DNA from: a virus
Taxonomy: Duplodnaviria > Caudoviricetes
Length of the DNA: 64,000 nt
Strand: one strand, 5' to 3'
Virus record (IMG/VR): IMGVR_UViG_2848385391_000003
The position numbers and the translations under genes were made by a program. The notes under the pieces were generated by a model. That model ran no database searches, had not been told where the DNA came from, and saw nothing but the letters and a program-made list of their open reading frames with translations. Shown here piece after piece: positions 19,636 to 29,773 of this stretch. Position 1 is the first letter of the stretch. Every line of letters begins with the position of its first letter.

Positions 19636-19998
19636 ATGGCCATTACACCGGCTGACGTTAAAGCGCGCTTTCCTGTGCTCGATGCGGTGGAAGAGGCACA
19701 GCTTCAACTGCTGATTGATGATACGCGCCCCTTCTTTAATATCGAACGTTGGGGCGCGTTTTATCCGCGGGGGGCCTGTCTATTGGTCGCACACTTCTGG
19801 AGCATGCAGCAGAAAGTCGACAAGGGCGAAACCGCTCCAGTTCATGCCATTACATCTCGTAAAGCCGGCGAGGTTCAGCTTAACTATGCGTCCCCGAGCC
19901 CGCTAGAGATGCAAGATGCTTGGCTCGCAGCCACCAGCTACGGTCAACAATATCTTAGCTTGCGCAAACAGGTGGGCTTTGGCGCGCTCGTGGTGTGA
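19636..19998 (+). CDS. Head-tail adaptor (DUF4054-like)
   Basis: KARFP..LLVAHF..TSYGQQYL. Confidence 0.75.
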   Translation: MAITPADVKARFPVLDAVEEAQLQLLIDDTRPFFNIERWGAFYPRGACLLVAHFWSMQQKVDKGETAPVHAITSRKAGEVQLNYASPSPLEMQDAWLAATSYGQQYLSLRKQVGFGALVV

Positions 19999-20462
19999 CG
20001 ATGAACTTTTCTAAATTGGATGGGCTGCTCAATCGAATCAAAGCGTTGGGCCAGAAAGAAATTTGTGTCGGCGTCATTGCTAAAACCGCACCACGCAAGG
20101 ATCAAAAAGCCCGCTTCAGTAACGCTCAAATCGCTGCTGTGCATGAATTTGGCGCACCCAACAAAGGCATTCCCGCACGGCCCTTTCTGCGAACAACGCT
20201 GATTAACAACAAGCAGGCCTATACCGATGCACTCGCCACACAGATGCGTAAAACGGTGAGGCAGCGGCAATCGGCTGAACAGGCCTATCAGGCGGTTGGC
20301 CTTAAGGCAACAAGCGATGTCCAGCATGAAATCCGCCATGGCGCGCATACACCTTTAAAGACTACGACGATTCAGCGTAAAAAATCCAGCCAGCCGCTCA
20401 TTGATATTGGTCAACTGCACCAGTCGATCACCTCTATCGTGCGAGAGGTCAATGAATCTTAA
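19995..20462 (+). CDS. Neck/tail completion protein
   Basis: AAVHEFG..IPARPFLR..PLIDIGQL. Confidence 0.75.
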   Translation: MTMNFSKLDGLLNRIKALGQKEICVGVIAKTAPRKDQKARFSNAQIAAVHEFGAPNKGIPARPFLRTTLINNKQAYTDALATQMRKTVRQRQSAEQAYQAVGLKATSDVQHEIRHGAHTPLKTTTIQRKKSSQPLIDIGQLHQSITSIVREVNES

Positions 20463-20820
20463 GGCACTCTTTGATGAAAGTGAACTGACGCGGCGCATCA
20501 CCCTTTCTCGCCGATATGGTCAGCATCATCCCGATCATGGCGAGTGGTTAGAACGGTATTACATGCTCGAGATCACCGCGATTGTCTATCCCGCTGGGCA
20601 AGATGATTTGCTCAAACTGCCCGAAGGCGAGCGCTATTTGCCTGCGATTCGAATTCTAAGCCAAGAACCCCTGATCGAAGGCGATATTGCACTGCATCAA
20701 AATCACCGCTGGCGCTTAACTCAGTTGTCTAACTTCTCTCACTATGGCTACTACGACGCAACAGCAGTTCGACATGAAGGCACTGCGCAGCCTACTGCGC
20801 GAGGTTTTGTCGTTACCTAG
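20452..20820 (+). CDS. Head-closure-like protein
   Basis: LLKLPEGER motif and synteny. Confidence 0.6.
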   Translation: MNLKALFDESELTRRITLSRRYGQHHPDHGEWLERYYMLEITAIVYPAGQDDLLKLPEGERYLPAIRILSQEPLIEGDIALHQNHRWRLTQLSNFSHYGYYDATAVRHEGTAQPTARGFVVT

Positions 20821-21244
20821 TGGCGCTGTACGACCAAGCTATCAGGCTGGACCGACTGGCGCTGAACCCTGTGTGATCGTTTCTGTGCTGACTTCCGTTG
20901 AAATCGGCACCACCCGACAAGCGTTTGATGGCGCACGTGAAATAGAGCGCTTAAGCACTGCACGACTGACCACCGTATCGATCGAAGCCTTCGGAGAAAA
21001 CGCCTACGCACTGATGCAAACGCTCACGACACTGTTACAAGCCAGCTCGACTCAGTCCATGCTGCGCACCCGCTTAAACGCCGGTTTAGTCACCCTCTCG
21101 CCGTTACGCGAATTAACGACAATCGTTGGCGCCGGCTCCGAAGAACGCGCTCAGTTTGATGCCACTTTCTCGCACTCTGATTGCGTTGAGATCGATTTAA
21201 AACGAATTGAGCATGCCTCCGTTCTGACGCGCTCAGATATTTAA
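20744..21244 (+). CDS. Tail terminator/neck protein
   Basis: EERAQFD motif, position before the sheath gene; start uncertain. Confidence 0.6.
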   Translation: MATTTQQQFDMKALRSLLREVLSLPSGAVRPSYQAGPTGAEPCVIVSVLTSVEIGTTRQAFDGAREIERLSTARLTTVSIEAFGENAYALMQTLTTLLQASSTQSMLRTRLNAGLVTLSPLRELTTIVGAGSEERAQFDATFSHSDCVEIDLKRIEHASVLTRSDI

Positions 21245-21261
21245 TTTTTTGGAGAATTTAT

Positions 21262-22785
21262 ATGGCGACTTCGCTGCCTCTTAGCGAAATTATCAATGTT
21301 CAACTCAACGTCCAACCCCTCGCCCCAAGCCGACGGGATTTTGGCGTGTTGAATCTAATGACCCCTGAAGCCGGTCAGGTGTTTAATGATGCCCATACGC
21401 TGTATGCTGAATACGCGAATGCCAACAGCGTTGAGCAAGCGTTTGGCAGCCATAGTGTCACCGCTCAGGCCGCTCGCCTATTCTTTGCTCAAACCCCACG
21501 CCCTAAACGCCTGGTGGTTTCGCGCTGGGTGCGCATCAAACGCACGTTAGCTGCAACTCACTCTAAACTCTATGGCGGACCGATGACCGCCCCGTTAGAA
21601 CAACTCAAAGCGATCTCTGTCGGCTATTTCTCGATTAAGGTCGGTTCCTCCCTTAAAAACTACTCCAAAATCAATCTTTCTAGCGCCAATACGCATGAAG
21701 AAATAGCAACCCTGATCACTGCTAAAACCTCCGCCGATAAACTCACCGTGCATTGGGACAGTACGGGCCGGCGCTTTATCGTCGAAGTGGATCAAGCCGG
21801 CGCAAGTCGTACATTAAGTTTAATGAACAGCGATGGGCAGCCGCTGACGGTAAGTAGCTCGCCCTCTTATTTAGGCACCCTTCTTAAGCTCGATAGCGCG
21901 GATGCTTATTCAGTCGCCGGCACCGATGCGGTCACCCTTGAAGCGCAATCCCTCACCGAAGCGCTCTCACAGCTTGAGGCCCGCTTTAATCACTGGTATG
22001 CCCTTAACATTCTTCACCCCTTAACTGATGTCCAAATCAAAGAGGTGGCGAATTGGGTGCTCGCTGCCGATAAAAAGATTTTGGGGATCACGACTTCGAA
22101 CCCTCAGCACCTGGAACCCAGCTTTTTAAATGTATTTAAGCAGTTGGCGGATCAGAAGAATGAACGCGTCGTCGCTTTGTATGACAAAGATAATCCCCAT
22201 GCAGTGTTGAGCTGGCTCGCACGCGCTTTATCCGTGAACTTCGCGGGCAATAACACGACGATCACAATGAAGTTTAAACAACTGCCTGGTGTCACCCCGC
22301 ATCCGCTCACGCTGACCGAAGCCAGTCAATGCAAAGCCTTAGGGATCAACTATTACACCTATTTCGATGAAACCGCGATGGTTGCCGAAGGGACGGTATT
22401 AGGCGGGCGCTTCTTTGATGAGGTGCACAGCCTCGATTGGTTTGTTGATGCCGTACAGAAAGAAGTCGTCGCCACATTACACCGCAGTCCTACCAAGATT
22501 CCGCTGACGGATGCAGGCACCCATCAGCTCTTAGTGGCCGTTGAAAGCGTCTGCCGCGAAGGCGTGCGCAATGGCGCGTTTGCCGCAGGGGTGTGGCGGG
22601 GTGATCCGTTTGGGCATTTACACACCGGCGAGCGGCTTGAAGAAGGCTTTTATGTCTGGGTCGATACTGTTGATCGCCTCTCCAGCAGTGACCGTGAAGC
22701 CCGCAAAGCGCCCCCGATTCAAGTGGCGCTGAAACTCGCTGGCGCGATTCATGCCGCTGACATTCTTGTGAACTTTGATCGTTAA
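21262..22785 (+). CDS. Tail sheath protein (DUF3383-like)
   Basis: FFAQTPRP, TMKFKQLPGV, DREARKAPPIQVALKLAGAIH. Confidence 0.88.
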   Translation: MATSLPLSEIINVQLNVQPLAPSRRDFGVLNLMTPEAGQVFNDAHTLYAEYANANSVEQAFGSHSVTAQAARLFFAQTPRPKRLVVSRWVRIKRTLAATHSKLYGGPMTAPLEQLKAISVGYFSIKVGSSLKNYSKINLSSANTHEEIATLITAKTSADKLTVHWDSTGRRFIVEVDQAGASRTLSLMNSDGQPLTVSSSPSYLGTLLKLDSADAYSVAGTDAVTLEAQSLTEALSQLEARFNHWYALNILHPLTDVQIKEVANWVLAADKKILGITTSNPQHLEPSFLNVFKQLADQKNERVVALYDKDNPHAVLSWLARALSVNFAGNNTTITMKFKQLPGVTPHPLTLTEASQCKALGINYYTYFDETAMVAEGTVLGGRFFDEVHSLDWFVDAVQKEVVATLHRSPTKIPLTDAGTHQLLVAVESVCREGVRNGAFAAGVWRGDPFGHLHTGERLEEGFYVWVDTVDRLSSSDREARKAPPIQVALKLAGAIHAADILVNFDR

Positions 22786-22790
22786 TTCCT

Positions 22791-23231
22791 ATGAGTACTA
22801 CTTTTAGTCCCCGCGAAGTCTCTGTTTTAATCAATGGCGTGCGCCTTACCGATTGGAGTGACGGCAACGATGTGATTCAGGCTAAATTGAATGCTGATGC
22901 CGGTAGCTACACGATGGGCGCCAATGGCACTGGTGTTTTTATTGCGAATCCCGACCAGTCCGGCACGCTGACCCTAAAAATTAAACAGCAGAGCCCCGAT
23001 AACCATTATTTAGATCGTTTATTTAAGCAGCAGCGATCAACCATCAAAACATTTATTCCCTTGACGCTCTCCATTGTCGATTTACTCAATGATGACAAAG
23101 TCAGCGGCTTAAACGGCTATTTCACCACCTCACCCGACTATACGCGAGGCATGGGCCATAACGCGGTCACCTGGACGCTGGTGTTTGAACAACTCACGAT
23201 TACTTTAGAAAAAGGATTGGCTCACTCATGA
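22791..23231 (+). CDS. Tail tube protein
   Basis: 146 aa after the sheath; MGANG..SGTLTLKIKQQSPDN. Confidence 0.8.
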   Translation: MSTTFSPREVSVLINGVRLTDWSDGNDVIQAKLNADAGSYTMGANGTGVFIANPDQSGTLTLKIKQQSPDNHYLDRLFKQQRSTIKTFIPLTLSIVDLLNDDKVSGLNGYFTTSPDYTRGMGHNAVTWTLVFEQLTITLEKGLAHS

Positions 23232-23629
23232 AAACCCATCAATTCGAACTGGATGGCATCACCTATCGCATGACGCCCGCGAACGCGATGGCTGGCTGGA
23301 CCGCTTTAAAGCAAGCTGGCAAATTACTTGAGGGGATTAAGGTTTCGCCTCAGAGTCAGGGCGAGATCGAAATCGGCACGCTTTTAGCTCATTTAGGCAG
23401 CCCGCAAGTCGCTGAGATCGAACGTCTGATTTATGAACATACGACTGTTCAAGCCAATCAAGATAAACCTTTTAGGCTCGCCCATCAGCTTGAGACCCAT
23501 TTTAATCAGCACCGCTCGCACCTCATCCGCATTTTGCTGGAAGGCTGTAAGGTGCAATTCGCCGATTTTTTCAAAGGGGGCGCTTGGAACAGTCTAAGCG
23601 CCCTCATGCCCACTCCGGTTCAGACCTAA
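23228..23629 (+). CDS. Tail assembly chaperone (G-like)
   Basis: Between tube and tape measure; ends near a slippery T TTT TTC. Confidence 0.75.
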   Translation: MKTHQFELDGITYRMTPANAMAGWTALKQAGKLLEGIKVSPQSQGEIEIGTLLAHLGSPQVAEIERLIYEHTTVQANQDKPFRLAHQLETHFNQHRSHLIRILLEGCKVQFADFFKGGAWNSLSALMPTPVQT

Positions 23630-23787
23630 TCGACTGGTTTATTTGGCTACCCATTATGCGCCAATTCTGCACCCTGAATGAACTGCGTTCTGTTTATACG
23701 CTGTCTGACTTAGTCGAGTTTCATCAGACCATAGCGCAGTGGGACACCATTCAAACCAAACTGACTCAAAACACCCATGGTCGTTGA
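23566..23787 (+). CDS. -1 frame extension of the tail chaperone (GT-like)
   Basis: -1 frame is open from slippery site 23566-23572 to 23787: IDWFIWLP..TLNELRSVYTLSDL. Confidence 0.7.
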   Translation, partial: FFQRGRLEQSKRPHAHSGSDLIDWFIWLPIMRQFCTLNELRSVYTLSDLVEFHQTIAQWDTIQTKLTQNTHGR

Positions 23788-25441
23788 TGAATTTCTCTTT
23801 AAGCTCGGCGTCGTCGCGGATCTTAAGCAAGCCCGGCACTTTCGCCAAACGCTCTCCGATGTCGCCCGCACCGCTTCGATTGCTACAACCGCCGTGGGCG
23901 CATTGGCAGGCGGCCTCACCGCTTTCTTTGCCAAAGCGTTGAACGGCCTCAATACGCTGAATCAAGCGGCACGCGAAACCGGCGTCAGCGCCGAATATTT
24001 ACAGCAACTCGGCTTTGCTGCGGCGCAAAATGGCGCTTCTCTTGAAGCGGCCACCGCTTCCGTACGCGGACTCTCTAAAGTCATTGGCGAGGCAGCGGAT
24101 GGGATAGGACGCGGTGCACGCGCCTTTGAGCATTACGGCTTAAGCGCCAAAAACGCCAATGGCTCGATTAAATCCGTCACGCAGATGATGGGCGAATTGC
24201 AGGAAAAAATGCAGCGCCTCTCTGATCCTCAGCGCAGCGCCTTCTTACAAAAGATGGGCATCGATGCGGCGATGCTGCAAACGCTGCGCTTATCCAAAGC
24301 TGAGCTGCACGAGTTGATGCAAGAGGCACAGGATTTAGGCATCGCGACACAAGAGCAGGCGGATAGGGCTTCTGCCTGGGGCGATGCAATGATGCGCATA
24401 AGCTGGGTATTCAAGTCTTTACGTACACAAATCGCGTTGGGCCTAGCGCCTCAGTTACTTCTACTCGCGGATCGCTTCAAAGCCTTTTTGTTACGTCATA
24501 AAGAACTCATTCGGGATGGACTGCGTCGATTCATTGACATCCTGTTTGCTGCCGTACAAGCGCTGGTTCATACAGGGTCTGCGATGGATCGCGTGATCCG
24601 CCATACGATCGGCTGGAAAGCGGCTCTATGGGCATTGGTCGGTGTCTTAGCCTGGGTCAAGCGCGCAACGATGGCCGCATTTGTCGTCAATCCCGTTGCG
24701 TGGCTCGCTGCGGCTATCGCAGGGCTAATTGTCTTGATCGATGACTTGATGACCCATCTCCGAGGCGGTGAAGCCTCTTTGGCCAGATTTTGGGATTGGC
24801 TTGGAAACGGGATCAACTATGCCCAAGAAGCTTTTGCTCAATGCTGCAACTATTTAACTCGGTTTCAAAAGACGCTGGCGCAGGTATCCAGCAAAATTAA
24901 AGCTCTTATCAATTCAACCTGGGCACAGCTCGTTCAATTGATTCGTCAAACTTGGAAAAGCCTTTTAGCCAAAAGTACCGCACTTGTTGCCCGCCTTAAA
25001 ACACTCTTTCTCTCGCTCTTGGAATCCGCTCGCACGCTATGGACGAATATCACGGATGGGATTGCTCAGGCTTTTGAAACGGCCTTTAACCGCATACAGT
25101 GCGCCTGGGACAACGTGTTTGGATGGATCTCGAAAGGGTGGGCCAAACTTCAATCCAGCTTCCGTTGGATGGGCGAAAAACTGAATCTGACACAAGCCAT
25201 TGATATTTCTCAAGCCGTCAACCTGGCTTCGGCTTCCGCTCATCCAGCTGCGCATCAAAGTAACACTGTGACCCACCATACGACACATCATGCGCAGCGC
25301 ACTCAGCAACAGACAGTCAATCAAGACATTAAAATTCATATCGCCTCTTCTGATCCCGTCGCCGCAGGCCGCGCCACTGTGGAGGCACTGCGTCAACAAC
25401 GCATTGCTACACATAATAGCCACAGTGCGGCCAAACTATGA
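23777..25441 (+). CDS. Tape measure protein
   Basis: Ala-rich helical 554 aa with periodic W/F and a hydrophobic segment. Confidence 0.85.
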   Translation: MVVDEFLFKLGVVADLKQARHFRQTLSDVARTASIATTAVGALAGGLTAFFAKALNGLNTLNQAARETGVSAEYLQQLGFAAAQNGASLEAATASVRGLSKVIGEAADGIGRGARAFEHYGLSAKNANGSIKSVTQMMGELQEKMQRLSDPQRSAFLQKMGIDAAMLQTLRLSKAELHELMQEAQDLGIATQEQADRASAWGDAMMRISWVFKSLRTQIALGLAPQLLLLADRFKAFLLRHKELIRDGLRRFIDILFAAVQALVHTGSAMDRVIRHTIGWKAALWALVGVLAWVKRATMAAFVVNPVAWLAAAIAGLIVLIDDLMTHLRGGEASLARFWDWLGNGINYAQEAFAQCCNYLTRFQKTLAQVSSKIKALINSTWAQLVQLIRQTWKSLLAKSTALVARLKTLFLSLLESARTLWTNITDGIAQAFETAFNRIQCAWDNVFGWISKGWAKLQSSFRWMGEKLNLTQAIDISQAVNLASASAHPAAHQSNTVTHHTTHHAQRTQQQTVNQDIKIHIASSDPVAAGRATVEALRQQRIATHNSHSAAKL

Positions 25442-26178
25442 CGATCTCAGTGATGCACCGCCGCATCGGCACCGTCACACTCGATGCAACGCTCGCTGAG
25501 CAACATCAGTCGGTGTTACGCATTTCTGAAAACCCGATTGAATCCGGTGCGTTGATTGCCGATCATGCAGCGCTTGAACCCAAACAGATTACGATCACTG
25601 GGATTGTGACCGATTACCAGCCACCGCCTGCAATCCCAACCGGTATGACGGGGGCGCTGCTACGCCAAAGTCCAGACTTTTTTAATCAGCTCCCTTTACC
25701 GACCGAAGTCAAATCAGTCACGATGCAGGCGGCTTCTCGGATTCAGCGAGAGTTAGGTTCTGCGCGCACCCTTCAGCAGTCAATCGCTAACAGCCTAGAG
25801 CAGGCGCGCCCCCTCGTTCCCTGGTTGCCAGCCTGGAGCGGAGTCGATTCCAGCTCGACTCAGGAGCGTGTACAGCAGGTGTATGAAGCACTGCTGGAAT
25901 TACAACGGTCCATTGAACCCATTGAGATTATGACGGGCGCCAGGCTCTACAGCAATATGCTGCTACAGGCGATTAGCCTAAATCAGATGCAAGAGGGCGT
26001 GGCGGAATTCACTTTGACGTGCCGAGAAATCATGATCGTCAATACGCACGCCATCGCAGGCGTCAAACAGGCTTCTGGCAGAGCCGGCAAGCAAGCCGCC
26101 GCTAAAACGCAAAAAGGCAAAGTGCAACTCCAGCCCGCCGATAAAAAGAAGTCTTTGCTGAAGCATCTATTGGGCTAA
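25438..26178 (+). CDS. Baseplate/tail tube initiator protein
   Basis: ISENPIESGALIADHA..P..ITITG; follows the tape measure. Confidence 0.7.
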   Translation: MTISVMHRRIGTVTLDATLAEQHQSVLRISENPIESGALIADHAALEPKQITITGIVTDYQPPPAIPTGMTGALLRQSPDFFNQLPLPTEVKSVTMQAASRIQRELGSARTLQQSIANSLEQARPLVPWLPAWSGVDSSSTQERVQQVYEALLELQRSIEPIEIMTGARLYSNMLLQAISLNQMQEGVAEFTLTCREIMIVNTHAIAGVKQASGRAGKQAAAKTQKGKVQLQPADKKKSLLKHLLG

Positions 26179-26181
26179 GCC

Positions 26182-26499
26182 ATGCATTTGATCCCCGTTG
26201 ATTCCGCCCCGTATCAAGAAATGACGATTGCGTTTAAAGGGCATGCGTTGCGCTTAACCCTACGCTACAACAGTCTTGCCGATTATTGGGCGCTAGATGT
26301 TTTTGATTTAAAGCGGGATCGCTATACCGCCCAAGGGCTGCCGCTGGTTGTTGGTGTCCCTCTTTTATGGCGCAGACCTGTTGAGTATTGCTTCATTCTC
26401 AGCGATGAAAGCGGTATTGGCCTCGATCCAGTCGGTGGGGACGATTTAGGCCAGCGCTGTTTCCTGTATATCGTTGATAAAGCGCAGATTCATTTATGA
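26182..26499 (+). CDS. Baseplate small protein
   Basis: LRLTLRYN..W.LD..GLPLVVGVPL. Confidence 0.65.
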   Translation: MHLIPVDSAPYQEMTIAFKGHALRLTLRYNSLADYWALDVFDLKRDRYTAQGLPLVVGVPLLWRRPVEYCFILSDESGIGLDPVGGDDLGQRCFLYIVDKAQIHL

Positions 26500-27326
26500 A
26501 ACAATTTGGCCGACGCTATCAGTTGGCGCTGGGCAATCCACACGATGGCGTACTGATCGATGCGCTGCGCGTCTCCTTTGACCTCTGTAAAACCATTGAC
26601 GCTAAGCCCAATCCGGCTCAAATCTGCATTTGGAATCTGAATCGCACACATCTCAATCAGCTCTTGAGCGGCAGGTTTAAACGGATCGCCTTATCTGTGG
26701 GCTATGCAGAGCTGCGCTTACTCTATACCGGCGACATCCTCAAAGCTACGCTACAGCGCGATGGACTCGATTCGATTCTGGTGCTGGAGTGCGCTGATGG
26801 TGACACCGATTATCGGACTGCGCGTGTCTCGCTCACCCTCAAAGCAGGCACCTCGGATGGGCAAGCCATTCAGCAGCTTGCACAATCATTGGATCAAACC
26901 CAACTTGGTACCGTGGCTCACGGTCGGCTGAATAGCCTGCCTCGTGGGCGCGTCTTTTGCGGCAATACCCGCGATGCACTGCATCAAATCGCTCAGGCCA
27001 ATCAGGCCGACTGGTCAATTCAGGATGGCGAATTAATGATGCTGCCGGCCCAGCAGGTATTAGCGGATGAAGCTGTTTTGATTTCTCAAGACACCGGCAT
27101 GATCGGCGCACCTGAAGCCAGCGAAGACGGGCTGATCGTCACCGCTTTACTGAATCCCGCCATCCGTATCGGCAGCTTAGTGCGCGTGCACTCCGTCACT
27201 GAATCATTCAATGGCAATTATAAAGTCGTCAGCGTCTCGCATTGCGGTGATACCTATGGCGATGAATGGCTCACCACAATAACGGCTGTAGGCGGAGCCT
27301 TTACGCCCATTAAGGATAAATCATGA
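26496..27326 (+). CDS. Baseplate hub protein
   Basis: PNPAQICIWNL, WSIQDGEL, TGMIGAP..ALLNPAI. Confidence 0.75.
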   Translation: MKQFGRRYQLALGNPHDGVLIDALRVSFDLCKTIDAKPNPAQICIWNLNRTHLNQLLSGRFKRIALSVGYAELRLLYTGDILKATLQRDGLDSILVLECADGDTDYRTARVSLTLKAGTSDGQAIQQLAQSLDQTQLGTVAHGRLNSLPRGRVFCGNTRDALHQIAQANQADWSIQDGELMMLPAQQVLADEAVLISQDTGMIGAPEASEDGLIVTALLNPAIRIGSLVRVHSVTESFNGNYKVVSVSHCGDTYGDEWLTTITAVGGAFTPIKDKS

Positions 27327-28024
27327 AATGGCATACCCCTTCCTTGGATGCTGCGATTGAAGCCAGCATCACCGCTGCCCTCAAAAAGCTGCATGTCGCC
27401 TTGCCGGGTCGAATTGTGAGTTTTGATCCCAGCACGCAAACCGCTTCCGTGCAGCCCTTGATCGAGCAGATTTTACAGAACGAGCAAGCCGCGCCTCTGC
27501 CTATGCTCACCGATGTGCCGGTGCACTTTCCCCGTGGCGGAGCCTTTGTACTCACCTTTCCCGTGGCGCCAGGCGACGAATGCTTAATACTCTTTGCTGA
27601 ACGCTGTATTGATGGCTGGTTTGCCAGTGGGCAATCGAGCATTCCGCTGGATTATCGCCTGCATGATCTATCCGATGGCTTTGCTTTAGTCGGATTTTCT
27701 TCTTTACCTCGCGCCATTCCAGAGTATGCAACGGATGCGGTAATGATGCGCACGCTCGATGGCAGCGCTTACTTTAAATTGGATCAGGCGGGGCATATGA
27801 CGATCAAAGGCACCCAATTGACGATCCAATGCCCCGTCGTCGTTGAACAGCTTTTAACCTACCAAGCCGGCTTAAGCGGTACCGGCAGCGCAGAAACTGG
27901 CACGACCATTACAGGCAATATCTCGCATAGCGGCGGTGAATTGAGTTCCAATGGCGTGACGCTGCATGCTCACCGGCATAGCGGAGTTAAAGCCGGCGGA
28001 GATTGCTCAGGTGGCCCACAATGA
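27323..28024 (+). CDS. Baseplate spike (Gp138/gpV-like)
   Basis: LPGRIVSFD..DVPVHFP..GDEC..RLHDLSD and a C-terminal HRHSGV motif. Confidence 0.85.
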   Translation: MKWHTPSLDAAIEASITAALKKLHVALPGRIVSFDPSTQTASVQPLIEQILQNEQAAPLPMLTDVPVHFPRGGAFVLTFPVAPGDECLILFAERCIDGWFASGQSSIPLDYRLHDLSDGFALVGFSSLPRAIPEYATDAVMMRTLDGSAYFKLDQAGHMTIKGTQLTIQCPVVVEQLLTYQAGLSGTGSAETGTTITGNISHSGGELSSNGVTLHAHRHSGVKAGGDCSGGPQ

Positions 28025-28368
28025 AAGTGCGGCGGCTCGATGCGAACCATGACTGGACCTTTGGACAAGGACGCGCCAATTATGCAACCCTCGCTGAATC
28101 GGTCGCCCAGCGCGTCAAATCTCGCTTATTGTCGTTTCAGGGTGATTGGTTTTTGGATCTAGAGCACGGCTTACCTTGGCTGCCCACCTTTGAGCGGCCT
28201 GCGGATTTGCGGAAGATTGAACACCTTGTGAAACGCACGATTTTACACACGCACGGGGTGCGCGAGCTTCTGAATTTAGAGTTGGCATGGGACGCCAGCA
28301 CTCGCCGTCTAACGATGACTGCCCAGCTTAAAGATCACGATGATCAATTGATCGACATCACGAATTAG
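28021..28368 (+). CDS. Baseplate wedge (gp25-like)
   Basis: RRLDANHDWTFG..GDWFLD..GLPW. Confidence 0.75.
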   Translation: MKVRRLDANHDWTFGQGRANYATLAESVAQRVKSRLLSFQGDWFLDLEHGLPWLPTFERPADLRKIEHLVKRTILHTHGVRELLNLELAWDASTRRLTMTAQLKDHDDQLIDITN

Positions 28369-28456
28369 ATTTCCCCAAAAAAGGAAAAAACCTCGAACTG
28401 TTAGCTGCAGTCGGTTTTTTTTGTTTCTACCCCTCGCACTTATTTATAGGATATGC

Positions 28457-28615
28457 ATGGAAACTGTCACTGTCACATTTACCCCTACCGAGTTCCATAA
28501 AACCCTATGGCATATCGCCGCAAAGATATGGATTTGCATGATTATCTGGCGTTTGCCTGAGCTGATTAAGGCGGTGTGCTCCGTCGCGTGTACATACATT
28601 CACGCAACACACTAG
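28457..28615 (+). CDS. Small hydrophobic protein preceded by a hairpin
   Basis: 52 aa with IWICMIIWRLPELIKAV; AGGA upstream; stop abuts the baseplate J start. Confidence 0.45.
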   Translation: METVTVTFTPTEFHKTLWHIAAKIWICMIIWRLPELIKAVCSVACTYIHATH

Positions 28616-29761
28616 ATGGCTCAACTGACTGAACAAGGCTTCATCATTGAGCGATTGGATGCCAACCTCGCTCAGCTCGATGCAGGCTTTAGAGCTATTT
28701 ACGGCGCGGACATCAATACCGAGCCAGATAGTCCTGATGGACAACTCATTGGCCTCATCGCCCAAATTAAAACCGATCTGGAAGAACTCGCTGAATCCAT
28801 TTATAAAGCACTCGATCCTGAAGCTGCCAGTGGTGTTTGGCTTGAACAGCGCGTCGCCTATGCCGGACTCACGCGCAGACAAGCGCGCTATAGCTATCTA
28901 CGCCATACGGTTTTGACCGGCACGCCCAGCACGTTGATTCCGGCTGGCGCAGTCCTCACCGATCCGCATCATCGACGGTGGGTTGTCGTAGCCAATACCA
29001 CGCTGAATGAAAATGGCTCGGCGCACGCTGATTTAAGAAGTGAAACGCTCGGTGCCTTTCCTCTGCCGGCCCACACCGAACTCACCCTAGAAACGCTCTT
29101 TTTAGGCTGGCGCTCCGCTCAAAGCAGCCAAGCCGCAGAAGTCGGAGAAGAGGAAGAAACCGATGCCGAGCTGCGACGCCGGTTCTTTATTAGCCGTGCA
29201 AAAGCGGCTCAAAACTCCGTCGATGGGATGATCGTTAAGCTCTTACAGCTCGCCGATGTCCGGCAAGCCGTCTGTTTAGAAAATGACAGCAATCGAACCG
29301 ATGCAAACGATGTTCCTGCGCACAGCCTTAATATTATTGTAGAAGGCGGCTCAGATGCCGAGATTGCTCAGGTGATCTTTGAGAATAAAACCGCTGGCAC
29401 AGGGCTACGCGGCGCAGTGCAAACGCACATTCTCGACAACACAGGTATGACGCGCTCAATCCGCTTTGATCGACCCGCGGTCGTCGACTGCGCTGCTTAC
29501 CTCGAAGTGCGCCGTAATGCCCATTTTACGGCGGTCGACGTTGAAGCGATTAAAGCCACACTAACCAGAACCGCGTTCAGCATGGGCGAAACGGTACTGC
29601 TCTCGCGCTTATACAGCCCTATCAATACCGTACAAGGGTTTTGGGTGGAAACACTCAACATTGGTCGACGCGGCACACCCCTCGCCGCCAGTAATATTGA
29701 AATCGGCGTGCGCGAAATGGCCCGCTTTGCGGCTAACGATATTGAAGTCGTCGTGCTCTAA
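28616..29761 (+). CDS. Baseplate J-like protein
   Basis: DSPDGQLIG, GEEEETDAELRRR, PAHSLNIIVEGG. Confidence 0.88.
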   Translation: MAQLTEQGFIIERLDANLAQLDAGFRAIYGADINTEPDSPDGQLIGLIAQIKTDLEELAESIYKALDPEAASGVWLEQRVAYAGLTRRQARYSYLRHTVLTGTPSTLIPAGAVLTDPHHRRWVVVANTTLNENGSAHADLRSETLGAFPLPAHTELTLETLFLGWRSAQSSQAAEVGEEEETDAELRRRFFISRAKAAQNSVDGMIVKLLQLADVRQAVCLENDSNRTDANDVPAHSLNIIVEGGSDAEIAQVIFENKTAGTGLRGAVQTHILDNTGMTRSIRFDRPAVVDCAAYLEVRRNAHFTAVDVEAIKATLTRTAFSMGETVLLSRLYSPINTVQGFWVETLNIGRRGTPLAASNIEIGVREMARFAANDIEVVVL

Positions 29762-29773
29762 AAATCACACACC

